Shown: in pieces, positions 35,837-44,659 of the stretch | How positions within the stretch are numbered: position 1 is the first letter of the stretch | Layout of the letters: each line of letters opens with the position of its first letter | From: Verrucomicrobiia bacterium | GTDB lineage: Bacteria; Verrucomicrobiota; Verrucomicrobiia; Limisphaerales; UBA11358 | DNA length: 64,000 nucleotides | Assembly (NCBI GenBank): GCA_036489615.1 | Contig: DASXFM010000562.1 | Coordinates: 4,002 to 68,001, forward strand | Direction: 5' to 3' | The notes under the pieces: generated by a model | What the model was told of the DNA's origin: nothing | The model's database searches: none | The model's input: only the letters and a program-made list of their open reading frames with translations | Made by a program: the position numbers and the translations under genes

Positions 35837-37228
35837 TTATCGTGAAGGCGCCAATGACAGGCCGTTCCCTAATAGGCCGTCACCGGGATCCATAATCCTC
35901 ACAGCCGCCTTGGCTGGTCGTACGGGATAGTCGGTGGCAATCAGGAAAAAGATGAAAAAAGGGAACGCATTCATTCGAAATGCTGCCTCGGTCCAGTTAT
36001 AGACGATAAACGAGATAAGATAGGCCAGGCGAAACCGCCCAAATTCAAAATTCCGGAACAATTCGCGGCGCGACTTTCCGTAGGTCGCCAGGAGGACCGC
36101 GGCGGTGATGACCACTCCAATGAAGCCCAGGTTCAGATACGTCTCAAGATAGCCATTATGTGCCTCGTTGAGAAAGGACGGTAATACCTGACGGACTTCC
36201 GTCGCGCGATCGCCCAACCAGAAACCCTCATAACCGGTTCCAATCAGCGGGTTGATGTCCCATTGCCAAAGCACTCGCCAAATATCTGTTCTACCGGTTA
36301 ACGTGTCGTTTTTGCCCAGCAAATGAATGATGCCGTCGTACAGGCCGAATCCGAGAAACGCTACGGCTATGGCCGCCGATCCAAAAACGAAATAGGCGCT
36401 GACGCTTCGTTTGTTGATCCATCGAAGTCCCAGGAACAGCATGATCGCGGTAGCCAGCAGAAATGCGACAAGTGATGACGCGCTATGCGCGTTTTTGAGG
36501 AGCCATAAATTCATCCCCATAAGCCCGCCGCATAAAATCAATTCGTCCCGGCGCGCCGCGCTGCGTTCCCATCGCAGCACTTGCAGTATCTGCCAGAACA
36601 GCACCGCCCCCAGAATCCAGCAATCAAAACCGAGTTCATTTTTGTTGGTGGCGATGCCCGTGTTCAATCCCAGCCCCGTCCACTCGTCGAAAGTGCGCCC
36701 CAGGTCCGGGAAATATTTAATGAACAGGATCGAAACCGGGAGAAGAAAATAGGCGCAACGTTTCATCGTCCGTATGAATGCCTCCATCGGCTCGGGTTCC
36801 GTGAGAAGCACCAGGGCCATCACCGGGTCTCCCAATAACTTGAGCCATCGCTTTGCTGACACGAATGGAAAATCCGACCATGCGATGGCCAGCAGGCAGT
36901 ATGCGAGATACAGGGTCAGCCATCGGTTGTTACGAATAAATTCCAGGACCGAAACCCGGCGTTTATGGAGGACCGCGAGGCCGCCGACAATCAACCCTGC
37001 GTTAAAGACGGCGTCCACGGGACTCCCATCTTCTACGGACGTGGCGCCGAAGTGAAAGCCGAACATATCGAGCCACTGGGAAAGGTAACGTGAACCGCCG
37101 CCGCAAACCGCCACCCAGAAAAAAGGAAACCACAGCGCACCCGTCACGTTCGCCTTTTGCCGGAAATCCCGAATGAACAGGACAGCGACAAAGACGAGAG
37201 TCAGCAACAGTGCAAGTGATGAAGGCAT
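35837..37228 (-). CDS. O-antigen ligase / Wzy-like polytopic membrane protein (exosortase-locus O-glycosylation ligase-like)
   Basis: About 10-12 TM segments, with a large loop containing HNGYLETYLNLG (Wzy_C-like). Start set at the internal ATG 37228. Confidence 0.8.
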   Translation of the reverse strand: MPSSLALLLTLVFVAVLFIRDFRQKANVTGALWFPFFWVAVCGGGSRYLSQWLDMFGFHFGATSVEDGSPVDAVFNAGLIVGGLAVLHKRRVSVLEFIRNNRWLTLYLAYCLLAIAWSDFPFVSAKRWLKLLGDPVMALVLLTEPEPMEAFIRTMKRCAYFLLPVSILFIKYFPDLGRTFDEWTGLGLNTGIATNKNELGFDCWILGAVLFWQILQVLRWERSAARRDELILCGGLMGMNLWLLKNAHSASSLVAFLLATAIMLFLGLRWINKRSVSAYFVFGSAAIAVAFLGFGLYDGIIHLLGKNDTLTGRTDIWRVLWQWDINPLIGTGYEGFWLGDRATEVRQVLPSFLNEAHNGYLETYLNLGFIGVVITAAVLLATYGKSRRELFRNFEFGRFRLAYLISFIVYNWTEAAFRMNAFPFFIFFLIATDYPVRPAKAAVRIMDPGDGLLGNGLSLAPSR

Positions 37229-37268
37229 GGCGAAAATCAATTCTGCGCGGAAGGACGGCTGGGAGCGT

Positions 37269-38285
37269 CTAGTTGTCGGAGCCGACGGCGCGACCTTCGA
37301 GTTTAGAGATGGCGTTGTCAAACGCCCGTAACGCGTTTCCTTTCAATCTGTTGTAATTCATCTGAACCGTTGCCGCCGTATTCCAATTCCACACTTTTTC
37401 AATCCAGGCGTATTTCCAGGGCAGTTTTGGCGGCGTAATCTGTCCGCCGAGAGATTCCGCAAGCGATTCCATTTCGGCGGCCAGGTCTGGTCTGCCCAGG
37501 TAAAAAATGTGAAACCAGTTTTGGAGGTATTGCACGCAGGCGGCCCGAGTCCTTTGGCTGTCCTCATAGGACAAAAAGTATTTTATGTGCAGCTTGATCG
37601 AAACCAGAAGGGACTCTTTCTTTCTATCCGAATTTCCAATGACACTAATGCTGCTTGAGCCGGTCCGCCTGTAGTAAATTCCCGTTCCTGGCACAAAACA
37701 GGTTCCTTCCGAGGCCAGAAGCACACGGCAAAAGAATTCTCCGTCCTGATCATAATAAAGACCCGTGTGCCACGGACCGGCCTTTTCAACCAATTCGCGC
37801 TTTACCAGCCAGGTCGCGTTCTGCATGTAAATGCCCTCGTGCATCTTCCTTAAAAGCCATTCAGCCGGCGAAAGGTCCTCACAAAGAGAGTGGTGGACAA
37901 ACTGGACATTTCGTGTCCGATGGTAAAAATGGGCCCATGGCGACGAGGCCAGCAAGCGAGGATTGTTCCGATCCTGAAGCACGGCCAACTGCCGTTCGAT
38001 TTTGTCCGGCGCCAGCAGATCATCAGCATCCAAATATTGGATATAGTCGCCTTGAGAGTGGTTGAAAGCATGATTTTGCGCCGCGGAGAACCCTTCGTGC
38101 TCTAATGATACCAGGGTGACGGCTTTGAATTGCCGTACAATCTCGGCTGTTCGGTCGGTGGATCCGTCATCTGCCACTATGATCTCCGTGTTTGGCCAGG
38201 TTTGGGCCATGGCTGATTCCAGTGTTTCGGCTATAGTCTTTTCAGCGTTAAATGCGCAGATGAGAATGGAGACAAGGGGTTGCAT
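37269..38285 (-). CDS. family 2 glycosyltransferase
   Basis: LVSILICAFNAEKTI...IIVADDGSTDRT...YLDADD motifs. Paralog of 20142-21179. Confidence 0.85.
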   Translation of the reverse strand: MQPLVSILICAFNAEKTIAETLESAMAQTWPNTEIIVADDGSTDRTAEIVRQFKAVTLVSLEHEGFSAAQNHAFNHSQGDYIQYLDADDLLAPDKIERQLAVLQDRNNPRLLASSPWAHFYHRTRNVQFVHHSLCEDLSPAEWLLRKMHEGIYMQNATWLVKRELVEKAGPWHTGLYYDQDGEFFCRVLLASEGTCFVPGTGIYYRRTGSSSISVIGNSDRKKESLLVSIKLHIKYFLSYEDSQRTRAACVQYLQNWFHIFYLGRPDLAAEMESLAESLGGQITPPKLPWKYAWIEKVWNWNTAATVQMNYNRLKGNALRAFDNAISKLEGRAVGSDN

Positions 38286-38352
38286 GGGACAGGGAATGGG
38301 AATATGTCTTGTGCGATTTTAGACAGAAACTCAAAGCCGGGCAGGGGAGTCC

Positions 38353-40605
38353 TCAATGGCTGTTCACCAAAAGGCTTTCCGTCCTGGGCGCCGGAACCGG
38401 CTCCTTTAACAGATTCCCAACCATTCGTAGGAATTTGTCCTGTTCCAGTTCCCAGCAATTATTCTCATAGATTCTGCGCCCGTTTTCGGTCACTCGACGC
38501 AGTTCCGAAGGATGTTCATACGCCCATTCGATTCTGGCCGCGAGGTCGTTCACATTGTCCGGCTCGAAAAACAGGATTTCGCTTTCGTTGAAATAGTCGC
38601 TGATCCCCCGTGTCCGCGGAACGATCACCGGCTTGTTCATGGCCAGATACTCAAAGATTCGGGTTGGAAAATTGATTTGCGTAAAGACGGTCAGCCGGTT
38701 CGGGACGATACCAAGGTCGGTTTTAGAAATGTCGTCGGCGATTTCATTTAGGCTCTTGAAACCATGAAATTGGATCGCCTCTCCCAGGTCCAACTGCCGG
38801 GCCAATTCGAGGATTCGGTCCAGGTAATCCGTGCGCTCACCATAAAGATGAAGGGCGACCCCGGGAATCTTGTGTTTCAGCTTCGCGAGCGCCGCTACGG
38901 CCAGATCCAGGCCATGGCGTTCCACAATCAGTCCGTGATACATGAGCCTGAAGCCCGTTTTGCCATTCGATTTTGGACTGCCTGATTCCAAAGATTTGTG
39001 CCCGTTTACGGCTGCGCCATTTCGTCCGCGGAAAATCGACGCTTCGGGCGAATTCATCACGGTTTGAATTTTATTTGGCGGGCAGCTTCTGGACTTGAAC
39101 AATTCTTTGAACGCAAGGTTGGGCGTCAGAACCAGATCGGCGAAGCCAATGCTGTTGCGTTCCATCTTTTCCAGCCAGCGGACAAAGAAATGGCTCTCTT
39201 CGAGATGATAAATGCTGCGGAACAGTTCCGGCATGGGATCGTGCAGGTCCAATATGACCTTCGCCCCGCGCAATCTCGGAACCAGGCCGCTAAAGACTAA
39301 AAAGTCGGGCATATTATGCACGTGAACGAGCCGGTAACGCTTTTTTAAGCTCCAGAGGGCCAGCAGGGAAAATGAGGCCGCTAAAAAGCAGGCATATTGA
39401 AAAATATACGTCAGTTTGCCCGCACGGCGGCGTTTCAACGGGATGCGATAAATATTCACGCCGTTGAGATTTTCAAACGCCGGTTCAGAGCGATCTTTGC
39501 GAAGGCAGATTACGTCCACGTTCGCGCCTGCCCGGCTCAACGCTTCAGCCTCCCGCCGGGGACGTGGATCCGACGCGTAGTAGGAGTATAACACTACAGC
39601 CGTATTTGCTTCGGATAACTGCGGATCGATATGATGACCATTGGCGCCGTTTGAGCGGTATGGCGGAGTTATCGGAATTTTTGGCCGATAATTCTCCTTG
39701 AACCAATGCGCCATTTCCCTCGGCAACGGATTCCAAAATTGGCCGGCGTAGCGTTGCTGGATATGTAAAAGAAAATCTTCGTACCATTCCGCCGGATATT
39801 CGCAGGCTTCCAATTCCTTTCGAAAACCAATGTAGTCCGGGTGGACGTTGAGTAGCGCCATGCCTCCGTGCTCGACCAGCCAATCCAATTTGGTCTTCCA
39901 GATATCCGGTGATTTTTCATCCAGCACGAGGAACAACGTCGAGTCTTGCGGAAGGGTATAAGGCAATTCCACGTAGCCACCGCCGTTTCCGTCAGAAATC
40001 CAAAACGGAAAGATGGTGTTTACACCGTCCGGCTGCGGCTCAAATGGGTCCGTGTCGAACGTCGACGCGTCGTATTCAATCTTCAAATGGTGCAAGCGCT
40101 CGCGGTCATGCAACATAAAGGCAGCGCGAAAGCCGCTCGCGTTCCAGGTTTCCAGGTAACGGTTGATGCTCCGGGCGCTTTCGAAGAAATTATTTCGGCG
40201 CCAATACAATTTTCCATCGTGGCGCAAGTCGTGGACTCCCACCTCAAAGCCGTTTTCCGAAAGAACATTTCGCAGGTCGGGGGATACCGCGTAATCGCCT
40301 TCCGGAATGAAATTGAATGACGAACGAAAACCCAACCGGCGCTCGATCTCCATCAGTCGAAGGCATTTCGCCAGGCCGCCGGCGCCTTCCACGTCGTGAG
40401 TCAGAACCAGGGCGAATTTCTTTCCGTTCGGCCAGCCGCGCCAGTCCTGGGGAAGCCGCCCGGCAGCTTCGTTGATTGGCCAGACGTTCTTATACGCGTC
40501 ACGTTTCCGCCGCGCAACCAGGCGGCGCATGCCCATCCGCAGTCTCCAGGGCAAATAAGGTTTGAACCGATAGTAAATCCGGTTGCTGAACATGGGCGCA
40601 AGCAT
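38353..40605 (-). CDS. fusion protein: NodB-like polysaccharide deacetylase domain plus GT4 glycosyltransferase domain
   Basis: The N-terminal half has FALVLTHDVE...GFEVGVHDLRHDG (deacetylase-like). The C-terminal half is GT-B (VHVHNMPDF...YHGLIVERHGLD...IFEYLAMNKPVIVPRT). Confidence 0.8.
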   Translation of the reverse strand: MLAPMFSNRIYYRFKPYLPWRLRMGMRRLVARRKRDAYKNVWPINEAAGRLPQDWRGWPNGKKFALVLTHDVEGAGGLAKCLRLMEIERRLGFRSSFNFIPEGDYAVSPDLRNVLSENGFEVGVHDLRHDGKLYWRRNNFFESARSINRYLETWNASGFRAAFMLHDRERLHHLKIEYDASTFDTDPFEPQPDGVNTIFPFWISDGNGGGYVELPYTLPQDSTLFLVLDEKSPDIWKTKLDWLVEHGGMALLNVHPDYIGFRKELEACEYPAEWYEDFLLHIQQRYAGQFWNPLPREMAHWFKENYRPKIPITPPYRSNGANGHHIDPQLSEANTAVVLYSYYASDPRPRREAEALSRAGANVDVICLRKDRSEPAFENLNGVNIYRIPLKRRRAGKLTYIFQYACFLAASFSLLALWSLKKRYRLVHVHNMPDFLVFSGLVPRLRGAKVILDLHDPMPELFRSIYHLEESHFFVRWLEKMERNSIGFADLVLTPNLAFKELFKSRSCPPNKIQTVMNSPEASIFRGRNGAAVNGHKSLESGSPKSNGKTGFRLMYHGLIVERHGLDLAVAALAKLKHKIPGVALHLYGERTDYLDRILELARQLDLGEAIQFHGFKSLNEIADDISKTDLGIVPNRLTVFTQINFPTRIFEYLAMNKPVIVPRTRGISDYFNESEILFFEPDNVNDLAARIEWAYEHPSELRRVTENGRRIYENNCWELEQDKFLRMVGNLLKEPVPAPRTESLLVNSH

Positions 40606-40619
40606 GAAAGTTTAAATGT

Positions 40620-40662
40620 GGGTGGCGGGTCTCCAGCGACAGGCTGGAGACGACCGCCACCC
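40620..40662 (-). other. strong GC-rich hairpin in an intra-operon intergenic gap
   Basis: GGGTGGCGGGTCTCCAGC (40620-40637), loop GACAG, then GCTGGAGACGACCGCCACCC (40643-40662). It lies between the Wzc-like stop (40679) and the next start (40605). Confidence 0.6.
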
Positions 40663-40678
40663 GGTGACGAGTGCAATT

Positions 40679-42895
40679 CTAAAAGTCCGTGAGCGTTTCG
40701 CGATGAAGACGTTCGGGGATATATCTTCGCGTCTTGTTTAGGACGACGCCGATTTTGGTCTTGGAATGTGCCAGCAAACCAATGGCCTGCTGTGCGGCGT
40801 CGAGGTGCGTTTTCTCGGACTGGATGACCAGCAGCACCATATCCATGAATCCCGCCAGGCGGGATGTGATGCTCGTCTGGGTGACGGGCGGCATATCAAA
40901 AATGATATAGCCGTAATCGCTCGAACGAATTCGCGGCAGCAGCGATACGAACAGGCGCGGCAGGATCCGCTGAAACCGTTCGTCCGGTGAGCCAGCCGTG
41001 ACCACATATAGGTTTTCCTGAACGAGTGCCGAGTCCCGCGTTTCCAGCGCCAGCGCTTCATCCAGCCCGCAACATGGCCTGCCCAGGAAAAATTGCTGCG
41101 CGACACCGTGTTCCAATTTCATGTCCACGAGCAACACGCGTTCGCCGGTTTCCGCGAGCGATGTTGCCACTCCGGCGGCGATGGCGCTGACGCCGCAGCC
41201 TTTCTCCGTTCCCGTCACGCTAATCAGTTTCGGCTGAATGATCGTTCTGGAGTTTTCAAAGTAGTTTACCAGCTTGTCCCGTAATGCGTCATAGAACGGG
41301 TTTAGGCAACTGCTGGTTTCCCATGACAGGATTCCGTCCGATTCCCCGTCCGGATTTTGGAATTGCAACTGTCGGCGCTCTGCCGCCTGGATCAGCCGCC
41401 TGTGCCCGTTGCGGCTGATGTCCGGGATTGAAATCAAAAGGGGCAGTTTCAATTGCGATTCGATTTCCTTTGTGCGCCGCACCGAGGTGTCCAGGTAAAA
41501 TTCAATTAAGAAGGCCCAGGCCAACCCCGCCAATATTCCGCCGCCGATCATCATTGCCATGGCCTTGATTTGTTTGCTCAGGTCCTTGTAAGGCGGGGTG
41601 GGGGTTTCCACCGTGTTGATATTGGAAACGCGTCCCGGCCCCAGCGTTTCGTCGATACGCGACTGCTCCAGGCTCGCCGCGAAGTTTTGATAGTTGCCCT
41701 CCAGCATTTCCTTGCGGCGCTGCAAATCGGCGATTTTTGACTCAGCCGCATCCACCTTGACAGCTTCCGCTTGCAACTGGGCCAGTTCCCTTTTCAGGAC
41801 TGAGATTTTTGCCTGAAGCGAAATTGGCGCCAAACGTTGCGTGCCGGCATCCCCGGGCCCCGCGCTTTGCCCCGGAGCCGGAGCGGGCTCGTACGTTCCA
41901 ACCAAATCCGGATAGCGTTGTTCCAGATTCTGTCTGAGCCATTTCGTTTGGGAGATCTCCAATTGCGTTTCCTGCACGAGTCGGTTTTCATCGGTATAAC
42001 CGAGTTGCGTATAATATTGGCTTTCCTGGTTTTGAAGGTAGTCGAGCCTGGCGCAAACGCGCTGGTATTCTTCGACACGGCCCTGAGGGACGTTCAGGCC
42101 CGGCGCAGGCGCCGTCGCTGCCGCGTTCGTCTGCTCCGGCTGAGCATTGAGTGCGCTCTGCTCTGCCGCCAGATCGGCCTGGGATTGAAATAATTGGGTG
42201 TTCAGCCACGCAATCTGGTCGGTATAGGATTTTTCTGCGTCAGGCAGGGAGATGATGCCGGCGCCGGTCTTCGCCGCACGCAACTCATCTTCAGTCTCAT
42301 CAATTTGCGAGCGTAACTGCGCCGTTTCCTGGGACAGATAATCATCGGACATGCTGGATTGATGGACTTGCAGATGTTTGTCCAAATAATCGCTGATAAT
42401 TTCCGATAGGACGGGCTGGACTGTGGTCGGGTCGGCGGCCATGTAAATGACATGAATGACGCTATCCTGCTTTGGCGCTTCCACGACGAGGTTCTTTTTG
42501 ACGATCTCGGCCGCGGCGAGCAGGTTGTTGCCGCCGCCATATTTGGCCAGAATTTTGTCCGGCCCGATGTTTTTGGCGGCTTGCTGGGCAAGGTCAAAGC
42601 TCGTCAAAATCTCAATCTCAGAGTTGATGATGCTTTGGCCCATGGCGTCGGGTGACGTCATTTGCGCGTTCTTTGGGTCGGTGTTGACAGAACGGCTGTC
42701 CAGAACGTAGCGGATAAACAACCGGGCTTCAGATTGGTAGGGGGGCGGATAAAACCACCAGTAAGCTCCCGCCGCGGCAATGCCCGCCAGCGACAGCAAA
42801 ATGATTTTCCATTTGTGCCGAAACAGTATGAAATAAATGTCCCCCGGGCTCATTGCCGGCGGGTCTGTGATTTGATCGTGATCTGGCGTCTTCAT
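40679..42895 (-). CDS. polysaccharide co-polymerase (Wzz/GumC-type chain-length determinant) fused to a degenerate P-loop (BY-kinase-like) domain
   Basis: N-terminal TM, long coiled-coil periplasmic region, second TM, then a MinD/BY-kinase-like domain. Walker A reads TGTEKGCGVS (no Lys). Walker B is YIIFDMPP. There is no C-terminal Tyr cluster. Confidence 0.8.
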   Translation of the reverse strand: MKTPDHDQITDPPAMSPGDIYFILFRHKWKIILLSLAGIAAAGAYWWFYPPPYQSEARLFIRYVLDSRSVNTDPKNAQMTSPDAMGQSIINSEIEILTSFDLAQQAAKNIGPDKILAKYGGGNNLLAAAEIVKKNLVVEAPKQDSVIHVIYMAADPTTVQPVLSEIISDYLDKHLQVHQSSMSDDYLSQETAQLRSQIDETEDELRAAKTGAGIISLPDAEKSYTDQIAWLNTQLFQSQADLAAEQSALNAQPEQTNAAATAPAPGLNVPQGRVEEYQRVCARLDYLQNQESQYYTQLGYTDENRLVQETQLEISQTKWLRQNLEQRYPDLVGTYEPAPAPGQSAGPGDAGTQRLAPISLQAKISVLKRELAQLQAEAVKVDAAESKIADLQRRKEMLEGNYQNFAASLEQSRIDETLGPGRVSNINTVETPTPPYKDLSKQIKAMAMMIGGGILAGLAWAFLIEFYLDTSVRRTKEIESQLKLPLLISIPDISRNGHRRLIQAAERRQLQFQNPDGESDGILSWETSSCLNPFYDALRDKLVNYFENSRTIIQPKLISVTGTEKGCGVSAIAAGVATSLAETGERVLLVDMKLEHGVAQQFFLGRPCCGLDEALALETRDSALVQENLYVVTAGSPDERFQRILPRLFVSLLPRIRSSDYGYIIFDMPPVTQTSITSRLAGFMDMVLLVIQSEKTHLDAAQQAIGLLAHSKTKIGVVLNKTRRYIPERLHRETLTDF

Positions 42896-42917
42896 TTTTA
42901 GTCCTGTGTTGTCTGGT

Positions 42918-44030
42918 TTATGCCCAGTGCCGGTATAAAAATTCCCCCGCGATTCTTGAGGCTGGAAGCGGCAATGCCTTGAAGAGGCAGTTGTGCCAGC
43001 CGGAACCTTCATCCTGCATCGGAACAAAATTCATTTGCCGCAAACAAAATCGAAAATAGTCGATCGTCGTTTCTTCCGCGTTCCAGCCCAGTTTAAACCG
43101 CCGCAGGCCTTCGTTGCCGAGAGAAGTCCTCCCTAAATCCAGTTTCCGGATTCCATTTTTAGAAAACCAGGCGATCGCTTCGCGGAATACCAGGTTATTC
43201 CCCCGGAGATGCTGGTACGAATCGTCCGACGCGCCGAACTTATAGATGGCCTTGCTTCCCGAATGGAAAAATATCGCCCCTGCCACCGGGATTTTACCCC
43301 AGCGCGCCAAAACAACCATGCCCAGGCCAGCAGTGAACACGTGTTTTTGAATATTTTTGAAAAAGGAAAATGGCTGCGGAGGCAATCCATGCCGTCTCCG
43401 TGATTTGCAATGCAGCAGATAATACTGTTTTACCGCCGCCAAATCGGTGGAGATTTCCACACGCACTCCGCTTTTTTCAGCTTTCCGAACCGCGCGCCGC
43501 ACCGGACTCTTTAATTGTGCAAAAATCGCCTCTTCAGCCGCCGGTATTTCTATACAGTGCCCGTAAAACGAGAGCGAAGGCGCCATGCCGTTTAAAAAAG
43601 TTCGTCCACCGCGAAATTCCAAATATTTCCATCCGCGCGCCTGGGCCAATTCGACCGCATTTCGGAAGAGTTCCGAGAAATCGGCTCTGTCGGCGCAGAG
43701 AGGCTCGCAAGTGTCTGTAAAGGGCAGGGCGACCGCCCGCCTTCCGGTGAGGGTGCTATTTACTTCCATCAATGGCAGCACCGAGTGAACTGCGCCGGCC
43801 TCCTTGCTGACAAAATAAACCGGCTCAAATCCGTAAGTTTCTGCCAACGCCTTCGCCCACGCCGTGGTATGGAAAAAGGAACGGGCGGCGCAATTTTGCC
43901 CCGCAATTTGTTCGTCCCAGTCCGAATGTTCCAGCGGATTTGTCCACTGCACGCCTGTCCCGCGCGAAAAGTGTCGTTCGCGGGAAAACGGAATGCTCAC
44001 CGTGGAATGGATGGCGTTTTCAGATATCAC
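42918..44030 (-). CDS. FemAB-family protein, PEP-CTERM/exosortase-locus-associated type
   Basis: 370 aa with a GTG start. Two-lobed Fem-like layout: FFHTTAWAKALAETYGFEPVYF...RRAVRKAEKSGVRV...GASDDSYQHLRGNNLVFREAIAWF. Confidence 0.8.
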   Translation of the reverse strand: MISENAIHSTVSIPFSRERHFSRGTGVQWTNPLEHSDWDEQIAGQNCAARSFFHTTAWAKALAETYGFEPVYFVSKEAGAVHSVLPLMEVNSTLTGRRAVALPFTDTCEPLCADRADFSELFRNAVELAQARGWKYLEFRGGRTFLNGMAPSLSFYGHCIEIPAAEEAIFAQLKSPVRRAVRKAEKSGVRVEISTDLAAVKQYYLLHCKSRRRHGLPPQPFSFFKNIQKHVFTAGLGMVVLARWGKIPVAGAIFFHSGSKAIYKFGASDDSYQHLRGNNLVFREAIAWFSKNGIRKLDLGRTSLGNEGLRRFKLGWNAEETTIDYFRFCLRQMNFVPMQDEGSGWHNCLFKALPLPASRIAGEFLYRHWA

Positions 44031-44122
44031 AGTCGGAAGCCGTTAAATTATTGAGAATTTTCGGGTATCGCTTATCGCCCGGATGAGGCGCCGGGTTTGG
44101 GATTTCTTATCGTCAAACCGCT

Positions 44123-44659
44123 TCAAGATTTCAACGCCTTGCCGCCGTTTTGAGCGAAGCCCGGCGCAGCTTCTTTCACCGTCCTCTTGATGCGCGCGGG
44201 ATTACCCGCCACAATGGCGCCCGGGGGAACGTCCTTGGTAACAACGCTCCCGGCGCCAATCACCGCGCGTTCGCCCACCGTAATTCCGCAAAGCAATACG
44301 GCTCCTGAGCCAATGGACGCGCCCCGTTTGACGACAGTGGGAACGCATTTCCAATCGGATTCCGTCTGCAGTTGTCCTTCTTCATTGGTCGCCCTGGGAT
44401 ACAGATCATTTGTAAAGACAACATGGTGGCCAATAAAAACTTCGTCCTCCAGCGTTACTCCCTCACAAATAAACGTGTGGCTCGAAATCTTGCAGCGGCT
44501 TCCGATTTTCGCGCCCTTCTGAATTTCTACGAACGCTCCGATCTTCACGTCGTCGCCGATTTCGCAGCCGTAGAGGTTGGAGAAATCGTAGATGCAAACA
44601 TTTCGGCCCATCCGGACGCCGGCGAAATTACGCCGTGACGATGCTTTCGGGGCCGTCAT
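44123..44659 (-). CDS. left-handed beta-helix (hexapeptide repeat) sugar N-acetyltransferase (WbpD/WlbB-like)
   Basis: Hexapeptide repeats (IGDDVKIGAFVEIQKGAKIGSRCKI...) and the C-terminal GNPARIKR motif. ATGA overlap with the upstream oxidoreductase stop (44656-44659). Confidence 0.85.
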   Translation of the reverse strand: MTAPKASSRRNFAGVRMGRNVCIYDFSNLYGCEIGDDVKIGAFVEIQKGAKIGSRCKISSHTFICEGVTLEDEVFIGHHVVFTNDLYPRATNEEGQLQTESDWKCVPTVVKRGASIGSGAVLLCGITVGERAVIGAGSVVTKDVPPGAIVAGNPARIKRTVKEAAPGFAQNGGKALKS

